Assembly (NCBI GenBank): GCA_964022095.1
Contig: CAXHZO010000021.1
Coordinates: forward strand, 1 to 39,064
DNA length: 39,064 bases
Source of the DNA: an uncultured Arcobacteraceae bacterium
Lineage (GTDB): Bacteria; Campylobacterota; Campylobacteria; Campylobacterales; Arcobacteraceae
Direction: 5' to 3'
Below, one piece after another: positions 1 through 8,971 of this stretch (the stretch's first letter is position 1; every line of letters begins with the position of its first letter). Below the pieces are notes generated by a model. The model was not told the DNA's origin and did not search any database. It saw only the letters and a program-made list of their open reading frames with translations. The position numbers and the translations under genes are program-made.

Positions 1-18
1 AATAGGTTTTTTTCGCTT

Positions 19-50
19 TGTCAAGGGGTTTTGGCTTAAATTTGGCTTAA
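19..50 (-). promoter_or_regulatory. Probable sigma70 -35 box (TTGACA) with upstream 10-bp direct repeat, for a gene left of the window
   Basis: + strand tgtcaa at 19-24 is TTGACA on the minus strand. A 17-nt spacer puts the -10 start at position 1. tttggcttaa is repeated at 30-39 and 41-50. The -10 itself is outside the window. Confidence 0.45.
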
Positions 51-84
51 GTTTTTAAATTCGTGGTTTTTGTTCTGATTATAT

Positions 85-116
85 ACAAAAATACAATAGT
101 AATATTGTATTTTTGT
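85..116 (-). terminator. Inverted repeat downstream of the T1SS operon, probable terminator
   Basis: Perfect 14-bp arms acaaaaatacaata (85-98) and tattgtatttttgt (103-116) with a 4-nt loop, about 20 nt after the HlyD stop. AT-rich stem. Confidence 0.6.
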
Positions 117-135
117 CATTAAATAATATTTGATA

Positions 136-1479
136 TTATCTTTCGTGTAGTGCGTTTGCTTTTGTTTTTAAAATAGGCTTTAAAATGAAGTCTAAAATAG
201 ATTTTTTTCCAGTGATAATATCAACTGTTGTTATCATTCCTGGAATAATTGGTAATTTATCACCATTTTTTTCTAAGTAGTTTTTATCTGTTTCTATTAC
301 TACTTTATAGTAACTTTCTTGGTCTTTATCATTTTTATCTACAATACTGTCTGCTGATATTTCTACAATCTTTCCATCTAAAGAACCATATATAGAAAAA
401 TCATAAGCTGTGATTTTTACAATAGCTTTTTGTTGTGGGTTAATAAATGCAATATCTTTTGGATCTATTTTTGCTTCTATTAATAAAGTATCACTTAGGG
501 GAACTATTTCTATTAAATCCATACCTGATTTTACAACTCCACCTACTGTATTTACATGAATAGTTTTTACAATACCATTTACAGGTGAGTGTAAAACTGT
601 TTTATCTAGCTTATCTTCATCTGCTACTAGTTTTGATTCATATTTTTTTATTTCAGTGTTTATTTTTTGTAGTTCATTTCTTGCTTCTGCTTTAAAAGTC
701 TTTAGTTTTTCTTCTACTTTCTTTTTAGCTTCTTGGATTGCGAACTTTGCTCTTGGAATTGAGACGTATGTATTTTGCAAGTCGCCTTGTAATTGTGTTA
801 GCTCTTTTCTAATTTTTAGGAGATCATTTTTTGATTTTGATCTTCTTGCAACTAGTTTTTCCATTGTTGCTTTTTCTTCTTTTACAAGTGTTATGCTTCT
901 TCTTAATTGGTAGCTTTGGCTGTTTAGCTCTTTTAATTCTTGTTCTTTTTGTTTGAGTTGTACTTTATAAATATCAAGTGTACTTTTGAGTTCTTCTATT
1001 CTTGAGTTAAAAAGCTTCAAATCATTTTGAGCAAATGATTGGGCATTTTTTAGTGTGTCTTGGGATACTTCTATTTTTGTTGGGATATTGTCTAACTCAA
1101 GTTTTGCTTCTACTTCTAATCTAGCTTTAGTAACTAGTAAGTGATAGTAAGTTTGCTTGTTTTCTTCAAGTGAAGCTTCAAATCTTGTAGTATCGATTTT
1201 CATCAATGCTTGTTGTGGTTGAACTTCATGTCCTTCTTTTACTAAGATTTCTTGAATCAAACCACCATCTAAACTTTGGATTGTTTTTATTTTCTCAGAT
1301 GGTATAACTTTACCCTCACCTCTAGTTAGTTCATCAACCTGTGAAAAATATGCCCAAACAAATGCTCCTATAAAAAATGCGAATATCAAAAAGAAAAAAA
1401 GTACTACTTTAGAGTTTGGTTGTGCATTTTTTTGTGAATGTAAAATATTTACAAAATTTAAATCATCATTACTTTTCAT
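136..1479 (-). CDS. HlyD-family type I secretion membrane fusion protein (LapC-like)
   Basis: N-terminal TM helix, then TRGEGKVIPS..IQSLDGG..ILVKEG, a long coiled coil, SPVNGIV, GGVV..G..LIEIVP, AYDFSIYG and IIPGM..VDI.TG.KS. Overlaps the ABC gene stop. Confidence 0.95.
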   Translation of the reverse strand: MKSNDDLNFVNILHSQKNAQPNSKVVLFFFLIFAFFIGAFVWAYFSQVDELTRGEGKVIPSEKIKTIQSLDGGLIQEILVKEGHEVQPQQALMKIDTTRFEASLEENKQTYYHLLVTKARLEVEAKLELDNIPTKIEVSQDTLKNAQSFAQNDLKLFNSRIEELKSTLDIYKVQLKQKEQELKELNSQSYQLRRSITLVKEEKATMEKLVARRSKSKNDLLKIRKELTQLQGDLQNTYVSIPRAKFAIQEAKKKVEEKLKTFKAEARNELQKINTEIKKYESKLVADEDKLDKTVLHSPVNGIVKTIHVNTVGGVVKSGMDLIEIVPLSDTLLIEAKIDPKDIAFINPQQKAIVKITAYDFSIYGSLDGKIVEISADSIVDKNDKDQESYYKVVIETDKNYLEKNGDKLPIIPGMITTVDIITGKKSILDFILKPILKTKANALHER

Positions 1480-3685
1480 TTTGTACTACTCTTTTTGGTT
1501 TTATCATATTTTTTGAAGCTTTTTGCTGTGTTGAGAAAGATGAGACTATTTTTTCTTTTGGTCCATCTGCTATTATCTTTCCATCTTCTACTACTATTAA
1601 TCTATCAACTAAACTTAAAAGTGATGGTTTATGAGTAATGATTACTACTGTTTTATCTTTTATAATAGATTCTACTTTTTTCTTGAAAATATTTTCTGAT
1701 AATTCATCCATCATGTTTGTAGGTTCATCTAATAATAAGATATTTGGATTTGATAATATTGCCCTTGCTAGAGTTACTGATTGTCTCTCTCCTCCTGATA
1801 ATCCCTCACCTCTTTCACCTACAATTAAATCATATCCTTTTTCATGTTTTCCTAAAAAATCATGAACACCTGCTATTTTTGCAGCTTTTAGTACTTGTTC
1901 ATCTGTAGCATATTGTTCACCAATAGTGATGTTATCTTTGATGCTTCCCATAAATAAGAATGGCTCTTGAGGAACATAGCCTATTGATCTTCTTAAATCC
2001 ACTGGGTCTATTTGTCTTATGTCTGTGCTGTCAATTAAAACTGAACCTTTTGAAGGTTCGTATAGGTTTAGTAATAGTTTTGCTAAAGTTGATTTTCCTG
2101 AACCTATTTTTCCTATGATCCCTACTTTTTCGCCTTTTTTGATTGTTAGGTTTATGTTTTTCAGAACATCAAACTTTTGGTCTTTGTATGCAAAATTTAC
2201 GTCTTTGAAAATAATATCACCTTCTAAATCTGGTCTTGAAAGATACTTTTGTGCTCTTTCTCTCTCAACTGGCATATTCATGATTTCATCGATATTATTT
2301 AATGAAAGTAAAGTTCTATCTAGCCTTATAATCATTCCTGCTATTTGTGAAACTGGTCCTATTACTCTACTGTTTAACATCATAGCTGCAATAATAGCAC
2401 CCATAGTAACAGTTCCATCACTAGCTAAAAGTACCCCGCCAGCTACTATTAATACTCCTGATAGTTGTGAAATAAATCCTACAAAATAAGTTACTATTTG
2501 AGATAAATAATGTGATTTGTTTCCATAATATGAAGTTTGTGAGATTGATTTTTCCCAGTGTGTTCTCATACGATTTTGAGCTCTTACACTTTTGATAATT
2601 TCTAATCCAGTAACAGTTTCTGTTAAAACTGTTTGTTTGATTTGGTCTTCTTTTGCTGAATTTAGTATATTTTTTTTGATTGGTCTTTGCATAAACCAAG
2701 AAAAAATGATTGCAATTAGCATAGTAGCAAGAGATATATAACCTAAGGCTCCACCTATATAGAAAATTATACATATAAAGAAAATTACAAATGGTAAATC
2801 TACAAATGCAGTGATAGTTGCTGTTGTAAAAAACTCCCTAACACTTTCAAAAGATTGAAGTCTACTTACAAACATACCAGTTGAGCTTGGTTTTGCATCT
2901 AGTTTTATATTTAGAAGTTGATCAAAAATTTTACTTGACATTCTAATATCAGCTCTTTTTCCAGCTTGTTCGATAAAGTATGCACGCATTAGTTTTAGTA
3001 TAAAATCAAATACTAATACAAAAACAATACCTGTTAGAAGTACCCAAAGTGTATCTACAGCTTTATTTGGTAAAACTCTATCATATACATTCATAGTAAA
3101 AAGTGGCACAAATATTACGAAAATATTTATTAAAATGGCTGCTATTATTACTAGTTTGTAGATACTTAGGTTTTTTTTCATTGTTCGCCAAAACCATTTC
3201 TTACTATCTTGTACTTCTACATCATGATCAACTCTATTTTCAAAGTTGTATGCTGGTTTTACTAAAAACATATTTTGAGTGTATATTTTTTCAAGTTCAT
3301 CTATTCCCATAGTGATTTGTGAACCTGCTGCTACATGTGGCATTATTAGTTTTGCTTGATTTTCTTTTGGATTTAGTTCTATTAAAATGCAGGCTTTGTT
3401 ATTTTGTAGAAGTAAGACTGCAGGTAGTACTAGATTGTCTATTTCGTTTAGTTTTCTTTTTACTGGTTTTGTAATAAGTCCGATTCTTTTTGCTGATTTT
3501 TCAAACATTGATGGAGTCATCAATGAATCATAAATAGCAAGTCCAGCGATAAGTGATTCAGCTGAGGCTGTTCTTTTGTGATATTTAGATAAAAAAAGAA
3601 GAGACTCTAAAAGAGTATCTTCTTTTTTATTTTCATTTATATTTTCAAAATCACTATCAAAATCTATATTTTCAGATTTTTCCAA
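1469..3685 (-). CDS. Type I secretion ABC permease/ATPase (LapB/LssB-like) with N-terminal C39-like domain
   Basis: PLFTMNVYDRV, Walker A GKIGSGKST, signature LSGGERQ, Walker B LLLDEPT, H-loop ITHK. TTG start preceded by AGGA. Confidence 0.95.
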   Translation of the reverse strand: MEKSENIDFDSDFENINENKKEDTLLESLLFLSKYHKRTASAESLIAGLAIYDSLMTPSMFEKSAKRIGLITKPVKRKLNEIDNLVLPAVLLLQNNKACILIELNPKENQAKLIMPHVAAGSQITMGIDELEKIYTQNMFLVKPAYNFENRVDHDVEVQDSKKWFWRTMKKNLSIYKLVIIAAILINIFVIFVPLFTMNVYDRVLPNKAVDTLWVLLTGIVFVLVFDFILKLMRAYFIEQAGKRADIRMSSKIFDQLLNIKLDAKPSSTGMFVSRLQSFESVREFFTTATITAFVDLPFVIFFICIIFYIGGALGYISLATMLIAIIFSWFMQRPIKKNILNSAKEDQIKQTVLTETVTGLEIIKSVRAQNRMRTHWEKSISQTSYYGNKSHYLSQIVTYFVGFISQLSGVLIVAGGVLLASDGTVTMGAIIAAMMLNSRVIGPVSQIAGMIIRLDRTLLSLNNIDEIMNMPVERERAQKYLSRPDLEGDIIFKDVNFAYKDQKFDVLKNINLTIKKGEKVGIIGKIGSGKSTLAKLLLNLYEPSKGSVLIDSTDIRQIDPVDLRRSIGYVPQEPFLFMGSIKDNITIGEQYATDEQVLKAAKIAGVHDFLGKHEKGYDLIVGERGEGLSGGERQSVTLARAILSNPNILLLDEPTNMMDELSENIFKKKVESIIKDKTVVIITHKPSLLSLVDRLIVVEDGKIIADGPKEKIVSSFSTQQKASKNMIKPKRVVQNEK

Positions 3686-3698
3686 TATTTATCCTAAT

Positions 3699-5333
3699 TT
3701 ATTTTTTTTTGTAATATGCTCCTGGATATGAAGAACTAAACTCTTCTTTTAAATCCATTGCTTTTTGTTCTGTTGGGATATTATACAATACTAAAGTATG
3801 AGTTCCATTTGGATTTGTTACAATTTTCGATTTTACATCATCTTTTAAATTTAAATCTGCTTGCTTTGTAGTTAGATACTTGCTATATGATGAAGAGATT
3901 AAAAATATTGCATAATTATCATTTGTTAAAGATTCAGTTTGTGTTACTGCTTCTTCTGCCATCATTGTATTTTCTTCTAAAAGTTCTTGTACTGAAGTGT
4001 CTTCAGTAGTTGCACTTATATTTGAAGTTGTATCTGAACAACTATTTTGAGAAGAGTTTTTAATACTTTTTTGTAAGATTGAAGTATTTTTCAAGATATT
4101 GTAATATGCTAAATACATATCAAACTCTGTGTTTATTAAAGTGATGTTTGAGTTGTATAAATCTGCTTCTACATTTAGAACATCGATGAAGTTTCTTGTA
4201 CCTGCATCGAATTGATCTTTATAAATATCAATAATTGTTTTGTTTTCTTCAATAAACTTTTTTAACTCATTACTTTGTTTTATTGCTGTTTGATATGTAT
4301 TATATGAAACTGTTAACTCATCAAGTACTGTTTTTGTAGCTACATCAAGTTTTGCTTGAGCTTCTCTTAAGAATAGTTCTTCTCTGTCTGTTTTTGCTGA
4401 ATCTAACATACCATTAAAGATATTATATCTTAATTCGATTTTTCCACTGTATTGAGTAGTTTCTAAATCTTCTTCTAATAAATCTCTATCATATAAAGCT
4501 TGAAGTTTTAACTTTAGTGTTGGAAGGAAATTTGATTTTGATTGAGAAATTAAAGCTCTTTGAGAATCAATTGCTTTTATTTGCTCTTTAATTGTGTAAT
4601 TGTTTTTTAAAGCTATTTTATATAACTCATCAAGAGAAGACGGAATTAATGATTTGTCAATATCAGGTCTACAAAATGACTCATCTAGTTTCATCCCTAC
4701 GTTTTTGTTAAAAGAACTAATTGCTGAGTTTCTGTTATTCATGTCACCAAATAAATTGCTTTTTGCAGAATAAATTTTTGCTTTTGTTTGAACTTTATCT
4801 AAGATTTCACCATTTATTTCTTCTGTTTGTGTTGCAATTGATAAGTAATCTTCATGAACTGCTAAGTTGTCTTTTGAGGCTGCAATTCTTTCATCGAATT
4901 TTATGATATTTAAATATGCTGAAATAGAGTCATATAATATATTTTCTATATCTGCTGCATTTTTATATTTGTTTGATAAATAGTTTGATTTTGCTTCTTC
5001 TACTAAATTTGGTGTTAAGTTTCCATCATATAGCAGTTGTTCTAAATCTAGTTGAGCATTTCCACCCTTATAATCTGTAGTTGCGTCTATACCTGCTCCT
5101 GCATCATAGTCTAAATCTTCTTTCTTTTTTTCTAGATATGCTGTTAAGTCCAATTTTGGATAATATCCACTTTTTTGTTCATCTACATATTTTCTAAATG
5201 CTTCATTATTTAGTGTTTTAGATGCAATATCTTGATTATTTTCAATTGTATAATTTACAACATCCTTAACTGTTGTTGCATGTGTAAATGAAAATAATAA
5301 TGCCAATGTGGGAATACTATATTTAAGTCTCAT
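3699..5333 (-). CDS. TolC-family outer membrane protein of the T1SS (LapE/AggA-like) with C-terminal extension
   Basis: Signal peptide, SGYYPKLDL, QLLYDG, FLPTLKL, YNIFNG, QFDAGTRNFIDVLN. First gene of the T1SS operon. About 120 extra C-terminal residues. Confidence 0.92.
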   Translation of the reverse strand: MRLKYSIPTLALLFSFTHATTVKDVVNYTIENNQDIASKTLNNEAFRKYVDEQKSGYYPKLDLTAYLEKKKEDLDYDAGAGIDATTDYKGGNAQLDLEQLLYDGNLTPNLVEEAKSNYLSNKYKNAADIENILYDSISAYLNIIKFDERIAASKDNLAVHEDYLSIATQTEEINGEILDKVQTKAKIYSAKSNLFGDMNNRNSAISSFNKNVGMKLDESFCRPDIDKSLIPSSLDELYKIALKNNYTIKEQIKAIDSQRALISQSKSNFLPTLKLKLQALYDRDLLEEDLETTQYSGKIELRYNIFNGMLDSAKTDREELFLREAQAKLDVATKTVLDELTVSYNTYQTAIKQSNELKKFIEENKTIIDIYKDQFDAGTRNFIDVLNVEADLYNSNITLINTEFDMYLAYYNILKNTSILQKSIKNSSQNSCSDTTSNISATTEDTSVQELLEENTMMAEEAVTQTESLTNDNYAIFLISSSYSKYLTTKQADLNLKDDVKSKIVTNPNGTHTLVLYNIPTEQKAMDLKEEFSSSYPGAYYKKK

Positions 5334-5443
5334 CTTGCTTCCTTTTATCTTCTTGTTGGGGTATTGTATAGTAAAAAAATAAATAAATCAATTAAAAGTT
5401 ATTAAAAAATAGACACTTATGTTATTTTTTCATAAACTTATTA

Positions 5444-5452
5444 TGCTATAAT
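5444..5452 (+). promoter_or_regulatory. Extended -10 promoter (TGcTATAAT) upstream of the wecA-like gene
   Basis: Exact TGnTATAAT. A second TATAAT lies at 5515-5520. Confidence 0.5.
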
Positions 5453-5458
5453 ATAATC

Positions 5459-5482
5459 TTGTAATTAAATTGTAACTTTTAT
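5459..5482. promoter_or_regulatory. Candidate regulator site (TTGTAA direct repeat, 11-bp period), copy 1
   Basis: ttgtaattaaattgtaacttttat, 22/24 identical to 31472-31495. Confidence 0.5.
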
Positions 5483-5567
5483 TTTTTCTAATAAAAGAAT
5501 TTATATTGTTATTGTATAATAACAAAAAACAACTCAAGAAAAAACACTAATAACATAAGAGAGATTA

Positions 5568-6650
5568 ATGACCTACCTACTACTTCACTGCATAATTTTT
5601 TTTATTATAACATACTTTATGATAAAACTGTTTATTCAATTTGCCCCAAAACTTGGATTTGTTGATATTCCCAATGAAAGAAGTTCCCATGTAAAGATTA
5701 CACCTAGAGGTGCTGGGATTGTATTTGGGTTTACTTATCTATTGGCTTTAATAACTTTTGACTTATCACTATTTAGTGAAAACTATTTGGTATATTTAGC
5801 GATATTTATTATATATATTTGTGGTGTACTTGATGATAAATTTAATATCAGTGCTAAACAGAAGTTGGTGTTTATTGTTGTAGCATCTGTAATAGTATTT
5901 TTTCAAGGTTATCAAATAACAAATATTGGTGAGTTTTTTAATGTTCAATTAAATCTTGGATACTTAGCACTTCCTGTAACTGTATTTGTAATAGTAGCTT
6001 TGACAAATGCAGTAAATCTTAGTGATGGACTTGATGGGCTTGCTGGTTCTTTAGCTAGTATTATTTTAACTGCAGTATTTTTTATAGGATTTATCTATAA
6101 TGATGTATTTTTGATGTCATGGAGTTCTATATTAATTGCTATTATCTTAGCATTTTTATTTTTTAACTGGCATCCTGCAAAAGTATTTATGGGAGATAGT
6201 GGTTCACTTTTACTTGGTTTTATAATTTCTATTTTGGCTATAAAATCTCTTGAATATATCTCAGCTGTATCTATACTGTTTTTGGCTGCTATTCCTGTAC
6301 TTGATACATTTGTAGTATTTAGAAGAAGAATACAAAGAGGACAATCTCCTTTTAGTGCTGATAAAAATCACTTACATCATATTTTAAACAATATGAAACA
6401 AGATAAAAAGTTTACAGTGAATATGTTATTAATGATTCAATTTGTATTTTGTTGTATGTTTATACAACTTCATGAAAAAGGTGATGAACTTAATATATTA
6501 ATTTTCTTTTTACTTTTCTTAATATTTTTTAATCTATTTGATCCAAGAATGAGAAGAAGAAATGATAAGTTTAGACTTAGAAAAAAATACAAAAAACAAA
6601 AAGAGAAAAATAAAATACTAAAAGAAAAGCTAGAAAATATACAGGTGTAA
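5568..6650 (+). CDS. wecA: Undecaprenyl-phosphate alpha-N-acetylglucosaminyl 1-phosphate transferase (WecA/TagO, MraY family)
   Basis: DIPNERSSH..TPRGAG, G.LDD, NAVNLSDGLDGLA, KVFMGDSGS, PFSADKNHLHH. Polytopic membrane protein. Confidence 0.88.
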   Translation: MTYLLLHCIIFFIITYFMIKLFIQFAPKLGFVDIPNERSSHVKITPRGAGIVFGFTYLLALITFDLSLFSENYLVYLAIFIIYICGVLDDKFNISAKQKLVFIVVASVIVFFQGYQITNIGEFFNVQLNLGYLALPVTVFVIVALTNAVNLSDGLDGLAGSLASIILTAVFFIGFIYNDVFLMSWSSILIAIILAFLFFNWHPAKVFMGDSGSLLLGFIISILAIKSLEYISAVSILFLAAIPVLDTFVVFRRRIQRGQSPFSADKNHLHHILNNMKQDKKFTVNMLLMIQFVFCCMFIQLHEKGDELNILIFFLLFLIFFNLFDPRMRRRNDKFRLRKKYKKQKEKNKILKEKLENIQV

Positions 6651-6671
6651 AAAATTTATTATATTATTTTA

Positions 6672-6699
6672 TGATATAATATATACAGTTAATAAGGAG
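6672..6699 (+). promoter_or_regulatory. Extended -10 (TGaTATAAT) and RBS (AAGGAG) for algC-galU-pgi
   Basis: TGATATAAT at 6672-6680 and AAGGAG at 6694-6699. Confidence 0.55.
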
Positions 6700-6710
6700 A
6701 AAAAATTATA

Positions 6711-8081
6711 ATGAGTTCATCAATATTTAGAGAATATGATATAAGAGGAATTTTTGAAAAAGAGTTAAACGAGGATATCGTTAAGAAAATTGGGTTTTAT
6801 TTAGCAAAGGCACTTTTAGAAAAGAACAAAGATGCTCAGTTTATGGCTGTAGGTTATGATGCAAGACTTCATTCACCAATTTTAAAAAATTGGCTTGCTA
6901 GTGGTATAAATACTGCTGGGTTAGAAGTACTTGATATGGGATTGGTTCCTACACCTGCTAACTACTTTTCAAATTTTACTGCATTTGATGAGCTTGAAGC
7001 TGATGGTTCTGTAATGATTACTGGAAGTCATAATCCTCCTGAATATAATGGATTTAAAATCACACTAGATAAAGATCCTTTCTTTGGTGAAGATATTTAT
7101 GCACTAGGAAGAGATATTTTAGCTGATAATTCTACTATAGAAGATAATGAAGTTACAATTTCAATTGATGCTAAAAACAAATATATAGAATATATTGTAA
7201 ATGCCTTTTCTCATCTAAAATTAGAAAACAAAAAGTTTGTATTTGATTGTGGTAATGGTGTTGCAGGTGTTGTATTAAGAGAGATATTAGATAAGTTAAA
7301 TATCCAACACAAAATTCTATTTGAAGAGCCAGATGGAAACTTCCCAAATCATCATCCAGATCCAAGTGATGAACATACATTAGAAGATATTAAAAAAGAG
7401 CTTGCTACTGGTGAGTATGACTTTGGTTTTGCTTATGATGGAGATGCAGATAGAATCGCCCTACTTTCTCCAAAGTATAATTTCAAAGGAGATATCTTAG
7501 CGATATTCTTCTCAAGATTTATCGAAAATCCAACTGTAATTGGTGAAGTAAAATGTACACAAGTTATGTATGACATCATCAATACATATGGAAAAGCAAT
7601 TATGTATAAAACAGGTCATAGTAACCTAAAAGTAAAAATCAAAGAAACAAAAGCAGATTTTGCAGCTGAAGTATCAGGACATCTGTTTTTCAATGACAGA
7701 TACTTTGGTTATGATGATGCTATTTATGCTACATTTAGAGCTTTAGAGTTACTTGATCAAGGTTTTGATTTCGATGCTGAATATGAAGCTTTACCAAAAG
7801 TTTATTCAACTCCTGAGATAAATGTAACAGTAACAGAAGAGACAAAGTTCAAAATCATAGAAAATCTTAAGTCTGCACTTCAAACTCCACCTGAATATAT
7901 GCCTCCTATTAAAGACATCATCACTGTAGATGGTATTAGAGTTATATTTGAAAATGGTTGGGGATTAGTGAGAGCTAGTAATACTACGCCTAAACTTGTA
8001 ACAAGATTTGAAGCAGATACAGTAGAAAATGCAAAAGTGTATGAAGATGCACTAATGAAACTATTTAACGAAATAAAATAA
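6711..8081 (+). CDS. algC: Phosphomannomutase/phosphoglucomutase
   Basis: IFREYDIRG, catalytic TGSHNPPEYNG, metal loop DGDADR, EVSGH, GWGLVRASNTTP. Confidence 0.95.
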   Translation: MSSSIFREYDIRGIFEKELNEDIVKKIGFYLAKALLEKNKDAQFMAVGYDARLHSPILKNWLASGINTAGLEVLDMGLVPTPANYFSNFTAFDELEADGSVMITGSHNPPEYNGFKITLDKDPFFGEDIYALGRDILADNSTIEDNEVTISIDAKNKYIEYIVNAFSHLKLENKKFVFDCGNGVAGVVLREILDKLNIQHKILFEEPDGNFPNHHPDPSDEHTLEDIKKELATGEYDFGFAYDGDADRIALLSPKYNFKGDILAIFFSRFIENPTVIGEVKCTQVMYDIINTYGKAIMYKTGHSNLKVKIKETKADFAAEVSGHLFFNDRYFGYDDAIYATFRALELLDQGFDFDAEYEALPKVYSTPEINVTVTEETKFKIIENLKSALQTPPEYMPPIKDIITVDGIRVIFENGWGLVRASNTTPKLVTRFEADTVENAKVYEDALMKLFNEIK

Positions 8082-8100
8082 ATTAAGGAGAAATGAAAAG

Positions 8101-8946
8101 ATGATTAAAAAATGTTTATTCCCAGCAGCAGGATATGGAACTAGGTTTTTACCAGCAACAAAAGCAATGCCAAAAGAGATGTTACCAGTACTAACAAAAC
8201 CACTTATTCAATATGGTGTTGAAGAAGCTATGGACGCAGGATGTGACATCATGGCAACAATCACAGGTAGAGGAAAAAGAGCTATTACTGATCACTTCGA
8301 TATCTCTTATGAATTAGAACACCAAATTCAAGGTAGTTCTAAAGAGAAGATGTTAGCTGATATTAGAAATATTATTGATAAGTGTACATTTACTTATACT
8401 AGACAAAATGAAATGAAAGGTCTTGGTGATGCTATTTATAAAGGGAAAGTACTAGTTGGAGATAGTGATCCTTTTGCAGTAATTCTTGCAGATGACTTAT
8501 GTGTAAATCCAGATGGTGATGGCATCTTAAAACAGATGGTAAAACTATATGAGAAATATAAGTGTTGTATAGTTGCAGCTATGGAAGTACCAAAAGAAGA
8601 TGTTCATAAATATGGTGTTATTGAAGGTAAAGCTATGGAAGATGGTGTTTTTGTGGTATCAAATATGGTTGAAAAACCTGATAATGACAAAGCTCCTTCA
8701 AATTTAGCAGTTATTGGAAGATATATCTTAACTCCAGATATTTTCAATATGATCAAAAACACAAAGCCTGGTAAAAACGGTGAGTTACAAATCACTGATG
8801 CACTATGTGACCAAGCTAAAAAAGGCATGGTTTTAGCTTATAAGTTCAAAGGAAAAAGATTTGATTGTGGTAGTGTTGATGGATTTGTAGAGGCTACTAA
8901 TTATTTCTATAACTTAGAAAAGTCAAAAGATAAAAAGAAAAAATAA
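8101..8946 (+). CDS. galU: UTP-glucose-1-phosphate uridylyltransferase
   Basis: PAAGYGTRFLPATKAMPKEMLP, GLGDAI, VEKP, GELQITDA, RFDCGS. Confidence 0.97.
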   Translation: MIKKCLFPAAGYGTRFLPATKAMPKEMLPVLTKPLIQYGVEEAMDAGCDIMATITGRGKRAITDHFDISYELEHQIQGSSKEKMLADIRNIIDKCTFTYTRQNEMKGLGDAIYKGKVLVGDSDPFAVILADDLCVNPDGDGILKQMVKLYEKYKCCIVAAMEVPKEDVHKYGVIEGKAMEDGVFVVSNMVEKPDNDKAPSNLAVIGRYILTPDIFNMIKNTKPGKNGELQITDALCDQAKKGMVLAYKFKGKRFDCGSVDGFVEATNYFYNLEKSKDKKKK

Positions 8947-8971
8947 AACACATACACAAAAGGCATAAAAT

